Made by a program: the position numbers and the translations under genes
Part shown: positions 58,442 to 64,000 of the stretch, piece after piece
Layout: each line of letters begins with the position of its first letter
Numbering within the stretch: the stretch's first letter is position 1
Origin: an uncultured Candidatus Entotheonella sp.
GTDB lineage: Bacteria > Tectomicrobia > Entotheonellia > Entotheonellales > Entotheonellaceae
NCBI GenBank assembly: GCA_965215335.1
Contig: CBDCDA010000002.1
Span: forward strand, 704,001 to 768,000
Direction of reading: 5' to 3'
Length of the DNA: 64,000 nucleotides
The notes under the pieces: generated by a model
What the model saw: only the letters and a program-made list of their open reading frames with translations
The model's database searches: none
What the model was told of the DNA's origin: nothing

Positions 58442-59466
58442 GAGGTAACGGGAGAGTTTTTCAGCGCGGTCAGGTCTGGTGGATCGCGTACTACGACAAC
58501 GGCCGGGAACGCCGCGAGTCATCGAAATCACGGCAGCGCAAGGCCGCCGTCAGGTTGTTGCGGCAGCGTCTCGGGGAAATGGCGACGGGTGGGGCTCATT
58601 CGCCGCTGTCGCAGCGGGCGGAAGCAGGGACCGTCACGATGCAGGACCTGTTTGATCTGGTTGAACATAGCCACCGGCTCAACAGGCGCACCAGTTCGGC
58701 AAATGGCAGGTGTCTGAGGCGATTACGTCAGCGCTTCGCAGCTTGCACGGTCCGGTCGTGTACGAGCCTGGCCATCAGCCATTACATGGCGGCCATGCAG
58801 GCAAGCGGACGCAAGGCGGCGACGATCAACCGGGAAATGGCCGTCCTCCGATTCGCCTTCAGACTCGGACACCAGCACGATCTCGTTGCGCGAGTGCCGG
58901 TCATCAAACTGCTGCCGGAACTGGGGGTGCGTAACGAGTTCTTCACCCGTGCGGAGATCGACACGCTCCTGCCCTGCCTGCCCGAGTACCTGCGCGATGT
59001 GGTCCTGTTCGGGTTTCTGACAGGCTGGCGCAAGGGTGAGATCGTCGGTCTCCAGTGGGCCAACGTCGACCGCTCCGGCGCGGCGATCCGGCTGGAGCCG
59101 GTACAGAACAAGGGACGCACGGTGCGGGTGCTGGTGTTGCAAGGGGAACTGGCGGCACTGATCGAGCGCCGCTGGCACGCCCGCAAAGTCGGGTGCATCC
59201 TGACACGACACGTCTTCCATCGTGCCGGCCGTCGAGTGGGTGATTTCCGTTCGGCATGGCTGAGAGCCTGTCGTCAGGCTGGATTGGGACACCGGTGGTT
59301 TCACAGCCTGCGCCGCAGCGCGGCCCGGAACATGTCCCTGCAAGGCGTTCCCGAGAAAGTGATCATGTCGATCATAGGCCACAAGACACGCGCGATGTTC
59401 GACCGCTACAACATCGTGACGGAATCGGACCAGCGCACCTATGCGAAGCTGCTTTTCGGGCCGTAA
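58438..59466 (+). CDS. int: ICE tyrosine integrase
   Basis: TGWRKGE, KG, HSLRR and GHKTRAMFDRYNI. Confidence 0.92.
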   Translation: MRGNGRVFQRGQVWWIAYYDNGRERRESSKSRQRKAAVRLLRQRLGEMATGGAHSPLSQRAEAGTVTMQDLFDLVEHSHRLNRRTSSANGRCLRRLRQRFAACTVRSCTSLAISHYMAAMQASGRKAATINREMAVLRFAFRLGHQHDLVARVPVIKLLPELGVRNEFFTRAEIDTLLPCLPEYLRDVVLFGFLTGWRKGEIVGLQWANVDRSGAAIRLEPVQNKGRTVRVLVLQGELAALIERRWHARKVGCILTRHVFHRAGRRVGDFRSAWLRACRQAGLGHRWFHSLRRSAARNMSLQGVPEKVIMSIIGHKTRAMFDRYNIVTESDQRTYAKLLFGP

Positions 59467-59537
59467 CACGGACAGCGACACGGACATTGTGCCGTCTGAA
59501 GCCTCTAAAGGGTTGATTCATAATGGGCTCAAGTTTT

Positions 59538-59555
59538 ACACCATGCCATTTGTCA
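59538..59555 (+). repeat. Right att core ACACCATGCCATTTGTCA
   Basis: About 70 bp downstream of int; identical to 22677-22694. Confidence 0.85.
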
Positions 59556-59648
59556 TCAGGAGCCTTGGATTCTTATCATAACGCGGCCCTCGAATCACGT
59601 CCTTTCAGCCCCTTCCAGCAAGAAAACCGAGCCGCCAGGCGAGACCGC

Positions 59649-60889
59649 CAGGGTAAGCGCATATGGCGGTCATCTGGTTAAGACCTGCAACAGATAGCTG
59701 TGATCCCAAGCGGCCCGTTTGCGTCGGGCCTTGACGCCCCGCTTGTGACTCGATTCCCGTCGTATCAGGTTCAGGGCGATGTGACGCAGCACCGACATCG
59801 TTTGAGCCCCAGCGTCTTGACGAATCCGACAGTCGTCCTCGCGAAAGCTCACGTCAAGCACCCAATGGAGCGAATTCTCAACGCCCCAATGCTGCCGGAC
59901 CGCTTGCGCAAAGCGCGCCGCATCACACTCAAGCGAGGTCAGAAAATAACGCCGCTCACAAGACACCACATCGCCCAGTTCCACCTGTGACTCGACCATG
60001 CCAATGCTGGCAATGTTGGCCCACGAACCCTTCACCCCCAAACACTCGATATCGCTCGTCAGCCAATAGCGGCGCGTCTCGATACGACCATGGTCGGCAT
60101 CGACGCTCTGGTAATAATCGCAACTCACATCCGTCAACCCGCTCGTCGTCACAGCGTCGAAAAGGAGCTTGACCTCACCATGGAGCGTCGCATGGTTGTC
60201 TTTTGAGAGCCAAGACATAATCCGCCCCTTGCTCGGCGATGCTGCGGGCGATCTCCTTCTGGCATCCCATGGCGTCGATTGTCACCGTTGCCCCGTCCAA
60301 CTCCAACAGCCCAGGCAAGTGGGGAAGGGCAGAGATTTCATTGGACTTGTCATCCACCTTGAGTTGACCCAAAACGAGCCGCTTGGCACTGGCCCAGGCG
60401 CTGATCATGTGCACAGCACCCTTGGCCGCAGCACGGTCAAAAGAGCGCCGCAAGGTCTTGCCATCCATGGCGACAATCTCTCCAGCGAGCGACCCGCGCA
60501 GGCTGTCCGTCCAGTTGATGAAGCACTGGGTGAGTTCTTCCGGCTCAAGCCGACAGAGCACGCGACGGAAGGTGTCGGGTGAGGGAATACCATGAGGCAG
60601 GTCGAGAAACTCTTGGAGCCAATCGGCCTGAGCCTGACCGTACTCCTCCATATCTTCCCAGCCCTCGGCGCCGCTGATAACGGCACATAGGGCAATCACG
60701 AAGATGTCAAACAAGGAGTGTCGGATGTTGGGGCCGCGCGGATCACTGACCGAGGCAAAGTGATCCAGGAGTCGAGACGATGCGAGTTTTTCCATGCCCA
60801 GTTCTGCTCCAGGTTGAGTGTCCTGACACGCGATGACTCTGCATAACCTGAATCAGAACGCTGGGCAATCCTCATATGCGCTTACCCTG
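59649..60889 (-). mobile_element. ISAs1-family insertion sequence
   Basis: 17-bp IRs CAGGGTAAGCGCATATG / CATATGCGCTTACCCTG. Confidence 0.88.
59670..60795 (-). pseudogene. ISAs1 transposase with frameshift near 60202
   Basis: DGKTLR, KSNEI and TIDAMGCQ in one frame; DHGRIETR and HWGVENSLHWVLD in another; extra A in an A-run. Confidence 0.85.
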
Positions 60890-60994
60890 GCCAGCCTACC
60901 GCCTTACTTCCGCCGGGGCAATATGGTAGTCTATCGTGCCGGGCTGCAACGGTACATCCGTCCATGACGCGAACCTGCTAAGGAGAGAAGAGAG

Positions 60995-61633
60995 ATGATC
61001 GAAGCGAAAGACGCGGTCGAGTTCTACTGGGACCCGGTTTGTCCTTGGTGTTGGATCACGTCCCGCTGGATGGAAGACGTTGGGCGGCACAAGGACATCA
61101 AGGTGCACTGGAAGTTGTTCAGCCTGAAGAAAATCAACGAGGGGCGCGATCTGCCGCCGCAATTCGGCCCCCGGCACCTGATGGGACTGCGGGCCTTGCG
61201 GGTGGCCGCGGCGGTGCGGCAAGACCTTGGCGAGACGGCGGTCGGCAAGCTGTACACCGCCATGGGCGCCCGCTGGCACCACGACGAGGTGGACATCGGC
61301 CAGGTGCCCGAGCTGGTCTCCATCCTCGAGACGTGCGGCTTTTCGACCGATTTTGCCACCGCTGCGGACGACGAGGCGTGGGACGAGGTGATCAAGAAGG
61401 ACATGGAGAACGCCGTAGCCAAGGCCGGCACCGACGTCGGCGTGCCGTTGATCGTTCTCGACGGCGGCAGCGGCCCCGGCTTTTTCGGCCCGGTGTTCAG
61501 CCCGGCGCCGGCCGGCGAGGCCGCCGTGGACCTGTGGGACGCCATGGTGCTGGCGGGCCGCACGGAGGGCTTTTACGAGTTCAAGCGCACGCGCGAAACG
61601 GGTCCGATCTTTGCCGAGCGCCCCGGCGTCTGA
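60995..61633 (+). CDS. DsbA-like thioredoxin-fold protein (Rv2466c-like)
   Basis: DPVCPWCWITSRW, DVGVP, FFGPV and FYEFKRTR. Confidence 0.85.
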   Translation: MIEAKDAVEFYWDPVCPWCWITSRWMEDVGRHKDIKVHWKLFSLKKINEGRDLPPQFGPRHLMGLRALRVAAAVRQDLGETAVGKLYTAMGARWHHDEVDIGQVPELVSILETCGFSTDFATAADDEAWDEVIKKDMENAVAKAGTDVGVPLIVLDGGSGPGFFGPVFSPAPAGEAAVDLWDAMVLAGRTEGFYEFKRTRETGPIFAERPGV

Positions 61634-61712
61634 CCCCCCACGCTGCGTCCTTCCACCCAGTCCGGACAGGGCGCAACCGGCCTTCTGCCCCCTAGAAAGC
61701 AGATCAACAGCC

Positions 61713-62201
61713 ATGCCGCCCGATACGCCGCCGATGCCACAGCGCCATCTGAAGTTTGCAGGGACGTACAATTTCCGCGACACCGGTGGCTATCCTGCCT
61801 GCAACGGTGGCACCACCCGGCGCATCCTGTTTCGTTCCGACAGCCCGCACCGCCTGTCAGAGACCGACCGCACATCCCTCTTCGGGGACGGTTTGCGGAC
61901 CGCAATCGATCTCAGGCAGGCCGAGGAACTGGCCGAGGCGCCGAACGCTTTCGCGGCATCGGCTCATGTTACCTACCACCACGTACCACTCCTCAGCGCC
62001 GTCCCGGCCCCGCCGGAGGTCCTGCCGGCTCTCGTTGACATATGCCGCAGCATTCTGGACGACCGCGGCGAGCAGGTCGGCGTCGTGCTGGCGATGCTGG
62101 TGCATCTCAAGAAACGCTATGGCGGTATCAAGGCGTATGTGCGGACAACCGGGCTGGGTGACGCGGAAATCGACCGGCTGCAGCGGGCCATGGTGGCGTG
62201 A
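61713..62201 (+). pseudogene. Tyrosine-phosphatase (Y_phosphatase3)-like gene with internal deletion
   Basis: NFRDTGGY, LFRSD, IDLR and YGG present; HCxxGKDRTG absent. Confidence 0.65.
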
Positions 62202-62238
62202 AGCCGTCAGGCGCTCCGAGGAAGAGGGAGAGAACGGC

Positions 62239-62922
62239 ATGAACGGCGTCCACGACATGGGCGGCATGCATGGCTTCGGGCCGATCGAGCAGGAAGCGAA
62301 CGAGCCGGTTTTCCATCACGACTGGGAGGGCCGCGTGTTCGCCATACGGGTGGCGACGCCGGTGCCTATTCCGGGGGGCGCGCGCGGCAACATCGAGACC
62401 ATGGAACCGCTGCACTACCTGCGGTCAGGCTATTATGAGAAATGGCTGCACGCCCGCGTCAAGGGACTCATCGACAGCGGCGTTCTGACCGCCGAGGAAC
62501 TGCAGGCCCGCGAAGCGCTCTACCGCGACCGGCCTGATACCCCGATGCCGCGCCGCGAGGACCCGCAACGGGTGCTGGCGGTACTGGCAAACCTGAGAAC
62601 GCACCGCTCGCCGCGCCGCGACGTGGACACGCAGCCGCAATTCGGCCTCGGCGACCCCGTGCGGGTCCGCAACCTGCATCCGCTTGGCCATACCCGGCTG
62701 CCCCGTTACGTGCGCGGCAAACGTGGCGTGGTCGTGCGCTTCTACGGCTTCCAGGATCTTCAAGACGCGCAGCCGCCCGGTGTCACCGCCGCACCCCAGG
62801 CGGTGTACGCGGTCCGTTTTATGGCCGCGGAGCTTTGGGGCGATGCCGCGCAGACCAACAGCACGGTCTGCATCGACATGTGGGAGAGCTATCTCGAACC
62901 GCTGGAGGAGCAAAGTCAATGA
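62239..62922 (+). CDS. nthB: Nitrile hydratase beta subunit
   Basis: [31 protein letters not shown] and DMWESYLE. Confidence 0.95.
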   Translation: MNGVHDMGGMHGFGPIEQEANEPVFHHDWEGRVFAIRVATPVPIPGGARGNIETMEPLHYLRSGYYEKWLHARVKGLIDSGVLTAEELQAREALYRDRPDTPMPRREDPQRVLAVLANLRTHRSPRRDVDTQPQFGLGDPVRVRNLHPLGHTRLPRYVRGKRGVVVRFYGFQDLQDAQPPGVTAAPQAVYAVRFMAAELWGDAAQTNSTVCIDMWESYLEPLEEQSQ

Positions 62923-63536
62923 GCGGCGCACAGCACCACGACGCCCATGCCGGCAGCGACGCGGACATGGCCCTGCGCACCCGGGCCCTGGAGTCCCTGC
63001 TGGTCGAAAAGGGCCTCATCACCACCGACGTCATCGACGCCGTGGTGCGCACCTACGAGCAAGACGTCGGGCCGCTCAACGGCGCCAAGGTGGTGGCCCG
63101 CGCCTGGGTCGACCCCGCTTACAAGCAGCGCCTGCTGGCCGATGGCACCGCGGCGGTGGCGGAACTGGGCTTCAGCGGCTCACAGGGCGCCGACATCGTT
63201 GTGCTAGAGAACACCCCGAGCGTGCACAACGTGGTCGTCTGCACCCTGTGCTCGTGCTACCCCTGGCCCGTTCTGGGGCTGCCACCCGCCTGGTACAAGT
63301 CGTACGCCTACCGCTCGCGGCTGGTCAGAGAGCCGAGAACGGTGCTGCGCGAATTCGGCCTCGACCTGCCGGAGAGCATCGAGGTGCGCGTCTGGGACAG
63401 CAATTCCGACATCCGCTACATGGTGTTGCCCGAGCGCCCGGCAGGCGCGGCGTGTCTGCGCGAAGACGAACTCGTTCCCTTGGTCACCCGCGACGCCATG
63501 ATCGGCACTACCGTCGTGCGTGCCGGCGGTGCCTAG
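62919..63536 (+). CDS. nthA: Nitrile hydratase alpha subunit, Co-type
   Basis: VCTLCSCY metal-binding motif. Confidence 0.95.
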   Translation: MSGAQHHDAHAGSDADMALRTRALESLLVEKGLITTDVIDAVVRTYEQDVGPLNGAKVVARAWVDPAYKQRLLADGTAAVAELGFSGSQGADIVVLENTPSVHNVVVCTLCSCYPWPVLGLPPAWYKSYAYRSRLVREPRTVLREFGLDLPESIEVRVWDSNSDIRYMVLPERPAGAACLREDELVPLVTRDAMIGTTVVRAGGA

Positions 63537-63548
63537 AGGATCATCCGC

Positions 63549-63896
63549 ATGGACCCTTCGCCCCACCGCCAGATAACCGACATGCAGAGTGAGATGGCAC
63601 TGCCGCGCCAGAACGGTGAGTTGGTCTTCGCCACGCCGTGGGAGGCGAGAGCGTTTGGCCTTGCCGTTGCTTTGCAGGAAAGCGGGGTTTATGAATGGCG
63701 GGAGTTCAGCGCCGTCCTGGCCGCTGAAATCGCCAGGTCGGAACAGGCAGGCATTATTTCCACTTACTACGAGCGCTGGCTCTCGAGCCTCGAAGAACTT
63801 CTCATTGTCAACGGACTGGTGACGCTATCGGAAATCAGCGACCGCATGGCATCACGCGCCGCCCATGATGACCATGCGGACCACCGCGGCCCGTAG
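63549..63896 (+). CDS. Nitrile hydratase accessory protein
   Basis: PRQNGELVFATPWEARAF and YYERWL; His-rich tail. Confidence 0.88.
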   Translation: MDPSPHRQITDMQSEMALPRQNGELVFATPWEARAFGLAVALQESGVYEWREFSAVLAAEIARSEQAGIISTYYERWLSSLEELLIVNGLVTLSEISDRMASRAAHDDHADHRGP

Positions 63897-63932
63897 GCGG
63901 ATTCGCGCCGCCGCCATCCGACACGCCAGCGG

Positions 63933-64000
63933 CTACCGCCAATAACTGCAAATGTCCTCTTCCTCCTTGGTCATCATCTCCAGCAGCGCCGGCTGCCCCT
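63933..64000 (-). CDS. 3' end of a gene entering from the right (possibly a TPP-dependent enzyme)
   Basis: GQPALLEMMTKEEEDICSYWR*. Confidence 0.35.
   Translation of the reverse strand, partial: GQPALLEMMTKEEEDICSYWR

Larger units (their letters stand above)
22677..59555. mobile_element. Integrative conjugative element, ~36.9 kb
   Basis: 18-bp flanking direct repeats; int/xis at the right end; tra operon, T4CP, relaxase-like gene and ssb inside. Confidence 0.88.

Noticed and set aside
22967..59466. Prophage
   Set aside because: No capsid, terminase, tail or lysis genes; conjugation genes are present instead.

Overview
GC-rich bacterial chromosomal window. Its centre is a ~36.9-kb integrative conjugative element (ICE) bounded by an 18-bp direct repeat (ACACCATGCCATTTGTCA at 22677-22694 and 59538-59555). 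The ICE encodes: a tyrosine integrase and excisionase; a primase-helicase with an iteron-like origin; a serine resolvase; a second (Integrase_1-type) tyrosine recombinase; Ssb; HU; a reduced F/G-type tra operon; and a MobH-like relaxase that seems to lack its HD motif. Its most unusual content is three cassette-like tandem arrays plus one non-coding hairpin array. (1) Seven mosaic genes for C-terminally anchored coiled-coil proteins, separated by a conserved hairpin spacer (30.0-33.0 kb). (2) Five genes for N-terminally anchored coiled-coil proteins whose 11-residue repeat count steps 3-2-1-0, interleaved with a conserved micro-ORF (55.4-58.1 kb). (3) Zn-ribbon genes behind a duplicated structured leader (53.0-55.3 kb). 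(4) A 13-copy hairpin array upstream of ssb. The flanks carry housekeeping/metabolic genes (folC, class I lysS, D-aminoacylase, LLM oxidoreductase, Co-type nitrile hydratase), two defence-like loci (TerY-P triad; double DUF2791 ATPase plus Lhr-like helicase), three IS elements and an ISAs1-ended MITE. Family assignments come from motif recognition by eye, not database searches. Several single-base frameshifts may be sequencing errors.
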